NCBI GenBank assembly: GCA_015163875.1
Contig: JAAOIH010000005.1
Span: forward strand, 2,607 to 66,606
Source: Bdellovibrionales bacterium
GTDB lineage: Bacteria > Bdellovibrionota > Bdellovibrionia > Bdellovibrionales > UBA1609
Reading direction: 5' to 3'
DNA length: 64,000 nt
Shown: one piece after another, positions 9,295 through 19,159 of the stretch
How the letters are laid out: every line of letters starts with the position of its first letter
Numbering within the stretch: position 1 is the first letter of the stretch
Made by a program: the position numbers and the translations under genes
Notes under the pieces: generated by a model
Told to the model about the DNA's origin: nothing
Databases searched by the model: none
What the model saw: the letters and a program-made list of their open reading frames with translations, nothing else

Positions 9295-10668
9295 TTAAAG
9301 CTGATATTTCCATCCAATATAAATAAAGTCATTAGATACATTACTTGCAAATACACCTCCAACTTGCTCTGAAAATGGGTGTCCCAAAATGTCAAAACCT
9401 AGTGTTAAAATGTGGTTTTTTAGTGTTTTTGTATACTTAATAGACAATATGTCTACCTTAGAGCTTAAAATTTGAGTATATTTTACAAAAAATTCATCAG
9501 AAGCAAATAATATATTTTTTTGATTGGCTTTGACAAAAAATGCCGTTTTGTAAGGGTATCCATAAATGTCGTCTATACCCCTTAAATCCTTTTCAGCAGA
9601 AAATACAGATTGCTGAATAATGTTAAATTTTGTATAAATGCCACCAAAATTAATACCTCTAAATAAATTTTTATATTTAAATCCAAATGCTAGGATATTT
9701 TTATTAACTAAGGCAGAGTACTTAGCGTTATTTAAAAAAGAAAGCTTTTTAGGTTTATCAATTGCAACTGAAATATATTCAGAAAAGTTTTTTTGTTTTA
9801 ATTGCATTTCAAAAAAAGCAATATGATGCATTACTGATTTAATTTTTACTAGAACATCTAATGGCTTTGTTGTATCGCCAGCTTTGTCAGAAATATTAAC
9901 ATAAACATAAGGGTCTGAGTAAGGCTTATAAAAATAAGATGCAGTTAAATACATGGTTTGATTATTTTTTCTAGAGCCAAAATTAAATATTTTCTTTTTT
10001 GCCCATAATCCTAAACTCCATTTTTGTAAAAAATTATAAATATCAATATCTTGTAAACTATAGTTAATTTTTTTTCCAACTGCTGTGTCATAGTAAATAA
10101 AAGAGTTCCATCTGTTATGTACTTTAATGTTTCCATTTTTTAAATCAACTGCCCCTGATTGATGTGGTAAAAAAATAGGGCTAGCAAATAAGCGAAATAA
10201 AAAATTAGTAGTTACTTGTTTATAAAAAATACCAAACAAGCCTTGTTTTTCTGGTCGCAAAGGATTTGCATTAAAATAAGGCTCTAATAAACCTAACTTC
10301 CAATTTTCTTCTAACAAAGACCATTTTATTTTTTTTCTTCCAAATACTAAAGTTTTATTTTTAAATTTAGTAGATTTTAAATTATATAAAAAAAATAACT
10401 CTGGAATAATTGGATGACTGTCCAAAAGTTCTGAAGAAATTAAAGCCCCTATGTCTGCATAAAAATAATTAGATTTATTATTTTTTTTTGAAGAATAAAT
10501 GATTCTTGGCTTTATGTTTACAATAGTTTGGGATAAATTAGTAAATTGAACTGGTGACAAATAATAATTAAATTTTGTATCAAGTGAGGCCTTAAAAAAT
10601 GCACTTGCATTAAGCACAAAAAAGAATGTCGTTGCAAAAAATGTAGAGTAATAAGTATATTTTTTCAT
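9295..10668 (-). CDS. Putative outer-membrane beta-barrel protein
   Basis: Signal peptide ending LNASA, amphipathic strands and C-terminal FIYIGWKYQL. Paralog of 12980-14329. Confidence 0.7.
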   Translation of the reverse strand: MKKYTYYSTFFATTFFFVLNASAFFKASLDTKFNYYLSPVQFTNLSQTIVNIKPRIIYSSKKNNKSNYFYADIGALISSELLDSHPIIPELFFLYNLKSTKFKNKTLVFGRKKIKWSLLEENWKLGLLEPYFNANPLRPEKQGLFGIFYKQVTTNFLFRLFASPIFLPHQSGAVDLKNGNIKVHNRWNSFIYYDTAVGKKINYSLQDIDIYNFLQKWSLGLWAKKKIFNFGSRKNNQTMYLTASYFYKPYSDPYVYVNISDKAGDTTKPLDVLVKIKSVMHHIAFFEMQLKQKNFSEYISVAIDKPKKLSFLNNAKYSALVNKNILAFGFKYKNLFRGINFGGIYTKFNIIQQSVFSAEKDLRGIDDIYGYPYKTAFFVKANQKNILFASDEFFVKYTQILSSKVDILSIKYTKTLKNHILTLGFDILGHPFSEQVGGVFASNVSNDFIYIGWKYQL

Positions 10669-10692
10669 TTAATAATTTCCATTTTTATAATT

Positions 10693-12990
10693 TTAAAGAG
10701 AAAAAGACCTTAATGTTTTAAAAACTTTTAGAATTTGCAAAAAAGATGCGTTATATGTTTTGTCTGGATTTAAAGACCAATTAAGAAGGCGAAGTTGAGA
10801 TAAAATATCAGATTCAGGGTTAGGAAATTGTCCATTTTTTAATAAATAAGTATATAAATTTTTTAATTCCAAAGTGTCGTCTACTGGAAAAACTTCTTGT
10901 AAAGGTTTTTGCACTAAAGGAAAAAAGTATAAGCTTTCAAAGTAGGACAAATGCCAATCTTTATTAAGATCAAACTTATTAAAAATTGTGACAATATATT
11001 GTAATAACATTCCTGTTTTAAATAGATTTTTTTTATTAAAATACTCACCGCTTATATGTCCTGCTGCAATAGCTGTTATATCAAGGCTGCTTTTAGCTTT
11101 GTTTAAAAATGTTAATTTATATATTTGTTTAGGTAAAAATTTAAAATAAGATTTTTGATTTTTTAAAAATTGATCATATACACAAGAAGTTTTATAAAAA
11201 ATATCAAAATCATTTTTATAAATCTTGCAATGTTTATCTACTAAAATAGACCATTTGTTTTTTATATTTAATCCGCTAAAAATATAATGCAAATACTCTA
11301 AAGCCTCTTGCCTGTCTGTAACTAAATCAGGCTTGCTACTAGGCATAAATAAATTTGACTCTCTGTAAATAGTTTTTGGGACTGTATCACTTTTTGGATC
11401 TAATATTTTAGCAAAAATAAAAACTGATTTAAACTCATTAAAAGCTAATGTTATTTTTTTAAGATTCATGTTATTTTTTTTATCTGCATATAAAGAAAAC
11501 ATGATATCAACTAGCAAGCTTTCTATATTTAGCCTGGCTAAGTTGTTAAATAAAAAGACTTGATTGCGCAAATCAACAAACAATAGCCTTCCTTGATTGT
11601 CTATTTTTTGTTTTCCAATTTTTGTATTTGATAATTTAGTAAAAGATCTTTTGATTAAAGGTAAATTTAACTCCCCTATAATTTTATTTTTATCTTTTAC
11701 AAATAATACATCTGTAGAAAATAAAGATTTATTGCTAAGCCCTGCAAATTGTAAATTTAAATTTTGAATATAAATCCATTTTAAAAACAAGACTTTTAAA
11801 GATAGAATGTGTTGTCTAGAAAAAAACTTTAAATCTAATTTTAGATTGTCTTTTTTATACATATTGTTAGAAAGTAATTTATTTACACTAAGCCATGCAG
11901 AATCTAAAAATTTTAAAGTAATAACAAACTTGCTTGGTTTAATTTTTTGATAGTTTAATATTAAGGCTTTAATATCTTTTACTAAATAGCCTTTCGACTT
12001 AGTTTTAAGATTTGCTTGCTGAGTTTTAAGATTTGCTTGCTGAGTTTTAAGATTTGCTTGCTTAGCTGTTTGCTTAGTTACAGACTTTAAAAATAATTGC
12101 TCTACAAATTTAAAATATTTAAATTGAGCATTTAAATTATCAAAATTTGGACTTTTGTTATTTAAATAAAATAATTGAAAACCTCTGTAAGCAGAATAAA
12201 AAGATGCCAGTGGTGATATTAAGCTTGTCCATTCATTTTTTGTAATTTTTTTTGTTTTGTTTTTAGTTACAAGGGATTTTGCAGAAAAAACAAATTCTGC
12301 AATTTGTTTATGTTTTTTAGAAAATAATTTTAAAAATTTATTTAAAGAGGCGTAATCATAAGATGATTTACTAGTGATAAATATTTTTTCAATACTTTTA
12401 AAAGATTTTTGCAAAACCTTTGTTGCTTTTTCATACTCTAAATAAGACACAGAATTATCATTAAAATTAGAATTGGCATTGGCATTGGCATTGGCATTGG
12501 CATTGGCAAAAAATAAAGTTTTTCTATGTGGATATAAATCAAGTGATATTGTTTTTAATTTTTGAATACTTGATTTAAAAAAATTGATATCTTGCTTAGA
12601 TACAAAGTTTTTATTTTTAAAAAAAGATAAATCTTTTAATAAAGAAAAAATAGAGAATATTTTGCTTGCAGAATTTTCGTTTTTTAAAACTTTATATAAA
12701 ATACTTTTTATATCTAAATAAAGATATTTATTTTTTTCTTTGGGTTTTAAAACAGATGTAACCAAGTTTATGCTGTTATCTATACATATCCAAAATTTAT
12801 TAACTTCTTTTAAGCTCATTTTTTTGTTAAAATATTTATTAATAGTTTTAGAAAAATTAGCCCAACAAATATTTTGAACAGATACTAAGTTATTAATTTT
12901 TTTTATTGAATTATCAACTGGAGAAAGCTTTTTGCTACAGCTTAAAGAAGTTGAAATAATAAAAATAAATACCAATTTTTTAAAATTCAT
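10693..12990 (-). CDS. Large alpha-helical lipoprotein with C-terminal EF-hand-like loop
   Basis: Lipobox SLS-C18 and loop DLNKDWHLSYFE. Contains in-frame (AN)6 and QQANLKT repeats. Confidence 0.75.
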   Translation of the reverse strand: MNFKKLVFIFIISTSLSCSKKLSPVDNSIKKINNLVSVQNICWANFSKTINKYFNKKMSLKEVNKFWICIDNSINLVTSVLKPKEKNKYLYLDIKSILYKVLKNENSASKIFSIFSLLKDLSFFKNKNFVSKQDINFFKSSIQKLKTISLDLYPHRKTLFFANANANANANANSNFNDNSVSYLEYEKATKVLQKSFKSIEKIFITSKSSYDYASLNKFLKLFSKKHKQIAEFVFSAKSLVTKNKTKKITKNEWTSLISPLASFYSAYRGFQLFYLNNKSPNFDNLNAQFKYFKFVEQLFLKSVTKQTAKQANLKTQQANLKTQQANLKTKSKGYLVKDIKALILNYQKIKPSKFVITLKFLDSAWLSVNKLLSNNMYKKDNLKLDLKFFSRQHILSLKVLFLKWIYIQNLNLQFAGLSNKSLFSTDVLFVKDKNKIIGELNLPLIKRSFTKLSNTKIGKQKIDNQGRLLFVDLRNQVFLFNNLARLNIESLLVDIMFSLYADKKNNMNLKKITLAFNEFKSVFIFAKILDPKSDTVPKTIYRESNLFMPSSKPDLVTDRQEALEYLHYIFSGLNIKNKWSILVDKHCKIYKNDFDIFYKTSCVYDQFLKNQKSYFKFLPKQIYKLTFLNKAKSSLDITAIAAGHISGEYFNKKNLFKTGMLLQYIVTIFNKFDLNKDWHLSYFESLYFFPLVQKPLQEVFPVDDTLELKNLYTYLLKNGQFPNPESDILSQLRLLNWSLNPDKTYNASFLQILKVFKTLRSFSL
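12001..12063. repeat. 21-bp in-frame tandem repeat x3 (QQANLKT)
   Basis: AGTTTTAAGATTTGCTTGCTG repeated three times; the last base of copy 3 differs. Confidence 0.95.
12472..12507. repeat. Hexanucleotide microsatellite (ATTGGC)6 encoding (AN)6
   Basis: Six perfect ATTGGC copies. Confidence 0.95.
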
Positions 12991-14329
12991 ATTTTACCCC
13001 TACTTGAATAAAATTATTATTTGAAAATTTATGTAAAAAAAAGTTAGAATTATATTCTGCTTTTTTGCTTTTATAAAAATTAGTCACATTAAGTAATAAT
13101 CTAACCTGTGGTTTTATCTTCCATAATAAGTTAGATGACAACATAGATGCTTTTTGTTTAAAATCATATGTTACTTGTAATTTGTATTCAGAACCTAAAA
13201 TATTAAAAAAATTATTTACTATCACGCCTGCTGTAACTGCATCTAGATAATTATATATATAAGAAAATAAACTTTCTTGTAGCTCTATGTACTCGTTGTA
13301 AGATTTTTTTTTATATCCTGATACTTTTTGATAGGATGTAAAGATACTATGTCCTTGATTATTTTTTATAGAATAATAAATATTATATAAAAAAACATTA
13401 GAGAGTTTATCAAAAAAATAATCTTTTTCTACTTTCTTTTTTTTGTAAGCTCTGTATGAAGATGATAATAGTAAGCTCCAAAATTCTTTTTTAACTCCAG
13501 TTTCTATTGTTGCTAAAGATTCTGTAATTGCATAAGGCTTAATATTTACATTTAAGGCGTCTGCACTTAGAGCTGGCTTTAACCCTATAAAAATAAAGTT
13601 ACTTGGTTTATAAGAAAATGCAGAGTTAATAAAAACTTTAGAATCTGCTTTGTATTTAATTTGAAATGCTATGCTGTTTTTAGCTATTAGTTTTATAGTA
13701 GAAAATTTATCTACTTTATATTGAATTGGTAAATTATTAAATTGCACAGGAACAGAATGCAGCCACGGAGTAAAAGATCTAATTAAATTAGATTTAATAC
13801 TTATGTTAGATGAATATCTTGGTAAAAATACAGGGCTAAAAAAAACATAATAAGACATTTTGTTATATTGTTTTTGTAAATGTAAACCTAATAGGCCCAT
13901 TGATACAGGCTGTGATGGGTTTTGATAAAATTCTGCTTGCCATAAATTATTTTTCCATACTGAATCAGCCCAGCTCCATAAATGTTTTTTTTGTCCTATA
14001 AACCATGGTTTATAATCTAAAAATAATTCTTCAGATTTTACATAAAACACTGATTCATAAGCGCTATAAAATAATTCTTGTTTAAAATTTAGTTTTTTAT
14101 ATTTTCCAACCCCTCCAAAGCCAATTTTACCAATTTTATTTGAGTACTTAGAATCAATATTCCAAAAATAATTATTTTGCAGGTAAATAAAAAATGTTGA
14201 ATCTGTTTTTGAGCTAAGCAGTGATGGCCTGTTAATATTATTAACTATTATTTTGGCGTTACTGTTTGTGGGTGTAAAAAATAGAAAAAAATAGAAAATA
14301 CAAAATAAAATAGAATAGTTATTATGCAT
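12980..14329 (-). CDS. Putative outer-membrane beta-barrel protein
   Basis: Signal peptide ending SNA and C-terminal beta-signal FIQVGVKYEF. Its motif GQKKHLWS...W...F..NP..P...GLLG...FFSPVFLP is shared with 9295-10668. Confidence 0.75.
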   Translation of the reverse strand: MHNNYSILFCIFYFFLFFTPTNSNAKIIVNNINRPSLLSSKTDSTFFIYLQNNYFWNIDSKYSNKIGKIGFGGVGKYKKLNFKQELFYSAYESVFYVKSEELFLDYKPWFIGQKKHLWSWADSVWKNNLWQAEFYQNPSQPVSMGLLGLHLQKQYNKMSYYVFFSPVFLPRYSSNISIKSNLIRSFTPWLHSVPVQFNNLPIQYKVDKFSTIKLIAKNSIAFQIKYKADSKVFINSAFSYKPSNFIFIGLKPALSADALNVNIKPYAITESLATIETGVKKEFWSLLLSSSYRAYKKKKVEKDYFFDKLSNVFLYNIYYSIKNNQGHSIFTSYQKVSGYKKKSYNEYIELQESLFSYIYNYLDAVTAGVIVNNFFNILGSEYKLQVTYDFKQKASMLSSNLLWKIKPQVRLLLNVTNFYKSKKAEYNSNFFLHKFSNNNFIQVGVKYEF

Positions 14330-14378
14330 GTATATCTTTTAAAAGCATGGGCCTTTAAAGTCAAAAAAATTGTAAATA

Positions 14379-15446
14379 CTAAAGGGTTTTTTGTTTTGTA
14401 CGAATTGAAAAAAGTAAAAAAGTTAAGCTAATAGCGATAAAAGCAATGCTAAGCCATTGTCCCCTGGTTAATCCTAGCCATTGAAACCCAACCCCTAAAT
14501 CTGGCATTCTGTAAGCCTCGCCTATAATCCTTGCTATTGAGTAAAATAGTCCAAAACAGCCTGTGATAAATCCTACAGGGCGTGGTTTTTTCCAAATAAA
14601 AAAGCATAAAATAAACACTAATAATCCCTCTAAAAGAGCTTGAAAAATTTGGGAGGGGTACCTGACAGTTAAAATGCTTAAATGTTGTATCACCAATGGG
14701 TTAGAGGATTCTGATAATGTAATAATTTTATTAATCCACAGGCTTATTTTGTATTGTGCAGATGATGAAATAGATGCAGATTGGCTAGTTAATTCTGCAA
14801 CCAAAGAATTCCAAATTTCTGCAGTTATTTTTTGGCCAGGAATTCCAATATTATCATTTGACATTTTTTCAACTAGTGGCGCTAAAAGATTTAATTTGCT
14901 AGGCATTTCTTGCAGCCATCTATAAAGTTCTTGTGGAAATCTAACTCCAAAATAGCAAGCCTCTACACATGCTCTTCCATAAAGTTCTCCATTAATAAAA
15001 TTAGCTAAGCGTCCAAAAAATAAACCAACTCCTGCACTTAGTGATGCTAAATCTACTAAGTGTAAAAAGTTTAATTGTTTTTTTTTGGCATAAAAATAAC
15101 ATGCAGCAATTACTCCAAGCAGTCCTCCGTGACTTGCCATTCCGCCTTTGTGTAATTCTAAAATACCCCAAAAAGGAAAAGATGGGCTCCATTGTAAAAA
15201 TAAATGAGGTGCATAAAATAAACAGTAGCCTAGCCTGCCTCCAATTAAAATACCAAAAGCTGCAAAATAAACAAAATCAGATACATCTTTAATTTTTAGT
15301 AAAGATTCTGAATTTTTAATTTTCCACTTAATAATAAAAGTAGCAAAAATAAAAGCCGCAATATATGACAGGCCATACCATCGCAATCCAATCCCTTGTG
15401 AAACTTCTATAAAAAATGGACTTAGGCTATGAGTATAAACAGACAT
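14379..15446 (-). CDS. lgt: Prolipoprotein diacylglyceryl transferase
   Basis: LRWYGL, GGRLGY, GGMASHGG, GRLANFINGELYGR, YPSQ, R...E.YR.PD, GQWLS. Confidence 0.97.
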   Translation of the reverse strand: MSVYTHSLSPFFIEVSQGIGLRWYGLSYIAAFIFATFIIKWKIKNSESLLKIKDVSDFVYFAAFGILIGGRLGYCLFYAPHLFLQWSPSFPFWGILELHKGGMASHGGLLGVIAACYFYAKKKQLNFLHLVDLASLSAGVGLFFGRLANFINGELYGRACVEACYFGVRFPQELYRWLQEMPSKLNLLAPLVEKMSNDNIGIPGQKITAEIWNSLVAELTSQSASISSSAQYKISLWINKIITLSESSNPLVIQHLSILTVRYPSQIFQALLEGLLVFILCFFIWKKPRPVGFITGCFGLFYSIARIIGEAYRMPDLGVGFQWLGLTRGQWLSIAFIAISLTFLLFSIRTKQKTL

Positions 15447-15623
15447 TAGATTAAGTCTTTCATGCTTCTTAATTGCTGTAAATTATGCAAAGCGTTGTTT
15501 TGTTTTAAAAAATATTTTGCTTTATTTTTTAATTTTAGTTTTGTAAGTTTAACTAGTAAGAGGTTTTTAAGCGCTTATTTAAAGTAAATTAAAAGTACAT
15601 AAAAAAAATACAAAGGACAAAAT

Positions 15624-15875
15624 ATGGATAATCAATCTTTACCTGCAAATTTATCAACATTAATTATGTCTTTGGCATCTTCGGCAACAGTTTCTATGGG
15701 CTTGAGCCCTAATCCAGAAACAGAAAAAACTGAAGTAAATAAAAAAATGGCAGAATTTAATATTGATTTATTATTAACTATTAAAGAAAAAACAAAAAAC
15801 AATTTAACAGATGAAGAGTCTAAACTTTTAGATACAATTGTTAGTCAACTGCAAACTAACTTTGTGCAAATTTAA
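15624..15875 (+). CDS. DUF1844 family protein
   Basis: MSLASSA...G..PNP, IDLL..IKEKTKNNLT.EE..LL motif; SD AAGGA. Confidence 0.85.
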   Translation: MDNQSLPANLSTLIMSLASSATVSMGLSPNPETEKTEVNKKMAEFNIDLLLTIKEKTKNNLTDEESKLLDTIVSQLQTNFVQI

Positions 15876-15889
15876 ATATTAAATATATT

Positions 15890-17299
15890 ATGTATAAATT
15901 TTTATTTTCTTTTTGTTTATTTTTGACATTTAATGTTAGTGCTAAAATTATTTTGCCAAAGCTTTTACCTGGTGAAAAGCTACCTGCAGATCAATTTATA
16001 AAGCTTTATAAAATAATTAACCCAACTGTGGTTAATATTTCTAGCAAACTTAATAAAAAAACTTCTTATTACAATTTAAAAAACCCTTTGTTGCCATTTA
16101 TATTGCCTTACAACAATATTCCAAGAAGGGCAGAACCTTTGTCTTCTTTAGGTACCGGTTTTATTATCAGCGCTGATGGTTTAATTATTACAAACGCACA
16201 TGTTATATCTAATGCAAATATTATTAATGTTAAAGTTGCAGGTGATAATAAAGATTATGTTGCAAAAATTATAGGTCAAGATAAAAGCAGCGACATAGCT
16301 TTAATTAAAATAACCACTAAATATAAATTATCTTTTGCATCTTTGGGAAGCAGCCAATCTTTGCAAGTTGGACAATGGGTTGCTGCTTTTGGAAATCCTT
16401 ATGGCTATTCTCACACAATGACTAAGGGAATTATTTCTGCAAAAGGTCGCGAAATAGACGAGCTAAATCGTTTTCCTTTTTTACAAACAGATGCAAGTAT
16501 TAATAAAGGAAACTCTGGAGGACCGTTAGTAAATATGCAAGGAAAGGTTATAGGCGTAAACTCAGCCATTGACCCTAGAGCACAGGGAATTGGATTTGCA
16601 ATTCCTATAGATAATGTAAAATCTATTTTAAAAGAATTAAAAGAATATGGATTTGTAAAGCGAGGTTTTTTAGGCATATATATGCTAGATTTAACGCCAA
16701 GACTTGCAAGAAAAATAGGCAGTAATAAAAAAAGAGGAGCTTTAATTGTTGAAGTGTTAAAAAATAGCCCTTCAGAAAAAGGTGGACTAAAAGTTTATGA
16801 TATTATAACAAAATTTAATAAAAAAAATATTTTATCTTCAAAACATTTGTCAAAAGCAATCGGAAATAGTGCAAGCAATGCAAAAATTATATTAGGTGTT
16901 TATAGAAAAAATAAATTTTTACAACTAGAGGTTACTTTAAAACCTAATTCTCAAGATTTAAGGCGTAGCCCTTTAAATAAAAAAACATCTTCACAAAAAA
17001 TAAAAATTTACCAAGCCCCTTACAAGCTAGGTTTTAAATTAGTAAATGCAAATAAAAAATCTGCCAATCAATTGCGCATTCCCTATTTAGCAAGAGTAAA
17101 CAGACCTGTAGTTGTTGGAATATATAAACACTCCACTGCACATTTAGCAGGTCTTGCTTATTTAGATGTAATTTTAGATATTAATTTAAAAAAAGTAAAA
17201 ACTGTAAAACAGGTTTTTAATTCTTTGCGAAGAGGCACTAATTATGTTCGTATTTTAAGAAACAAACAGGTTTATTTGCTTCAAATGAGAGGAAGATAA
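15890..17299 (+). CDS. degP: Do/DegP (HtrA) family serine endoprotease with two PDZ domains
   Basis: LGTGFII, TNAHVI, DIALIK, QTDASINKGNSGGPL; C-terminal PDZ segments (RGFLGI). Confidence 0.92.
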   Translation: MYKFLFSFCLFLTFNVSAKIILPKLLPGEKLPADQFIKLYKIINPTVVNISSKLNKKTSYYNLKNPLLPFILPYNNIPRRAEPLSSLGTGFIISADGLIITNAHVISNANIINVKVAGDNKDYVAKIIGQDKSSDIALIKITTKYKLSFASLGSSQSLQVGQWVAAFGNPYGYSHTMTKGIISAKGREIDELNRFPFLQTDASINKGNSGGPLVNMQGKVIGVNSAIDPRAQGIGFAIPIDNVKSILKELKEYGFVKRGFLGIYMLDLTPRLARKIGSNKKRGALIVEVLKNSPSEKGGLKVYDIITKFNKKNILSSKHLSKAIGNSASNAKIILGVYRKNKFLQLEVTLKPNSQDLRRSPLNKKTSSQKIKIYQAPYKLGFKLVNANKKSANQLRIPYLARVNRPVVVGIYKHSTAHLAGLAYLDVILDINLKKVKTVKQVFNSLRRGTNYVRILRNKQVYLLQMRGR

Positions 17300-17301
17300 A
17301 A

Positions 17302-18048
17302 TTAAATTGCTATGCTAGCTTTGGTTGCAAAAACTGGCAACCTAACATCTGTCCAAAACCAACTTAACAAAGGGTCAGTAGATATAGATTCTAGCTCTGT
17401 AAATTTATTAGTAGATAGTTCAGAAAAATTAAGATTCATAGATTGCCCTGGGCCTAAATGCACAAAGCCCTCTAAGTTTTCTTTTAAAGTAAATTGCTCA
17501 AAACATGACTTAAAGCTTAAAGAATTTATTTTTTGATATTTTTTGTATTTTCCAGCAATTCTTTTAAAAACTGTATAAGAAAGTGGTAAATCTGTTTTTG
17601 GCAAATTACTTTCTAAAATACTTTGTATCATTTTTTTAACAGAGCTTTTCTTTAAAGAAACATCAATAGCTTTATAAGAATTAGAATCACACATCATAAA
17701 TTCAGGATAAGAACAAGATTTTATATATCTATCAAATAAACCTATTTGTGATACATAGCTTGCAATCAAGCTTAATTTTGTACGCAAAATCATTAAGTGT
17801 TCAGAATTGTTTGCAATAGACAGGTGACTTGTTTTTTTATTTTGTACTTTTAAGTGATTAGAAGCCCAATCACTTTGCATTATGCTAACTAAATCAACAT
17901 AACCTTTAAACTGATTGTCCATACTTATAATAATTCTTTCTGCCTCTTTTAATCTAATTAATACTTCTGGAATTCTAATTAAATTTTGTCTTATAGACAA
18001 AAAAGCAAAAGACTCTTTAACTGGCACAAAAAACACTAAAGACTTCAC
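17302..18048 (-). CDS. Hypothetical protein, possibly a degenerate acyltransferase (FabD-like) fold
   Basis: The ORF track starts at 18111; GTG 18048 has SD AAGGA and is the more likely start. Carries SQIGLFDRY and FVHLGPG motifs but no GHSxG. Confidence 0.6.
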   Translation of the reverse strand: MKSLVFFVPVKESFAFLSIRQNLIRIPEVLIRLKEAERIIISMDNQFKGYVDLVSIMQSDWASNHLKVQNKKTSHLSIANNSEHLMILRTKLSLIASYVSQIGLFDRYIKSCSYPEFMMCDSNSYKAIDVSLKKSSVKKMIQSILESNLPKTDLPLSYTVFKRIAGKYKKYQKINSLSFKSCFEQFTLKENLEGFVHLGPGQSMNLNFSELSTNKFTELESISTDPLLSWFWTDVRLPVFATKASIAI

Positions 18049-18237
18049 ATGTATTCCTTTGTTAAAATATAGAATACAAATATTTTTTAAAAAAAGGAAA
18101 AGAAAAAGCAAAATTGTATTTTTTATACAAAAATAAACAAGGCCTTGGTCTGATTATGAGTATAAACCTGCCTAATATCTAAAAGAATTGATAAGATTGC
18201 TTAGGCAATAAGAGATTTTCAACAAAGATATAAGCGT

Positions 18238-19134
18238 ATGAAAAAACTAAATAATCCTATTTATTTTAAAATTATTTTAGTTAGCTTGCTATCATATATT
18301 GTAGCCGACTTAGTGCAGCTTAAAATAAGACAAACTTTGTTTCCAAAAATTACAAGCTTAAGCCCTGGTGGACAAATTTTAAACTCCTCTTATGATAAAT
18401 CTAATCAATACTATTCTATTTTAGAAAGAAATATTTTTTCTTCAGACAATATTGTTCCAGATAGTTTGTCTAAAAAAGAAGCTCTTGCAGAAAATAAACC
18501 CACTCCTACTGGAGAGCCTGTTGCCTCTTCTTTAGGCATCAAGCTATTAGGGACAATTGTAAATTCTGTACCTGGTTATTCTGTTGCAACTATTAGTACT
18601 TCTAAAAACAAAACAGCAGAGGCTTACTCGGTAAATGATACTATTAAAAATTTAGCAACTCTTATAGAGATACGCAGAGGAAAAATTATTTTTACAAATT
18701 TAAACACTAATCGTTTAGAGTATATTAAAATTCCAGAAAAAACTAAATTTCAATTTTTTACAAAAAAACATTTAAATAATTCTAAAATTCAAGAAGAATC
18801 TCCAGGCTATTATAATATTTCTAAAGACACTGTAGACAATTTTCTTAAACCAAAAAATTTAAGAAAATTACTTAGACAGGCTCATGTTATTCCAAATATT
18901 GTTTCAAGAAATCCTTCAAAAACAGATGGATTTAGATTTTCACAAATAAAAAAGGGAAGTATTTTTGAAACCTTAGGCTTTAAAGTTAATGATGTTATTT
19001 TAGAAGTTGAAGGCTCTCCTGCTAATAGCACCCCTCCATGGGAGTTGTTTAATAAATTTAAAAGTAACTCTAATCTAAGACTAAAGATTAGACGAAATGG
19101 TAAAGAGAAGGAATTTACATATAATATAAACTAA
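18238..19134 (+). CDS. gspC: Type II secretion protein GspC (TM, HR domain, PDZ)
   Basis: N-terminal TM, RNIF, IKLLGTI, PDZ-like GFR...IKKGSIFETLGFKVNDVI; directly upstream of gspD. Confidence 0.88.
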   Translation: MKKLNNPIYFKIILVSLLSYIVADLVQLKIRQTLFPKITSLSPGGQILNSSYDKSNQYYSILERNIFSSDNIVPDSLSKKEALAENKPTPTGEPVASSLGIKLLGTIVNSVPGYSVATISTSKNKTAEAYSVNDTIKNLATLIEIRRGKIIFTNLNTNRLEYIKIPEKTKFQFFTKKHLNNSKIQEESPGYYNISKDTVDNFLKPKNLRKLLRQAHVIPNIVSRNPSKTDGFRFSQIKKGSIFETLGFKVNDVILEVEGSPANSTPPWELFNKFKSNSNLRLKIRRNGKEKEFTYNIN

Positions 19135-19159
19135 AGAAATATTAAGAAGGTTTTAACTT

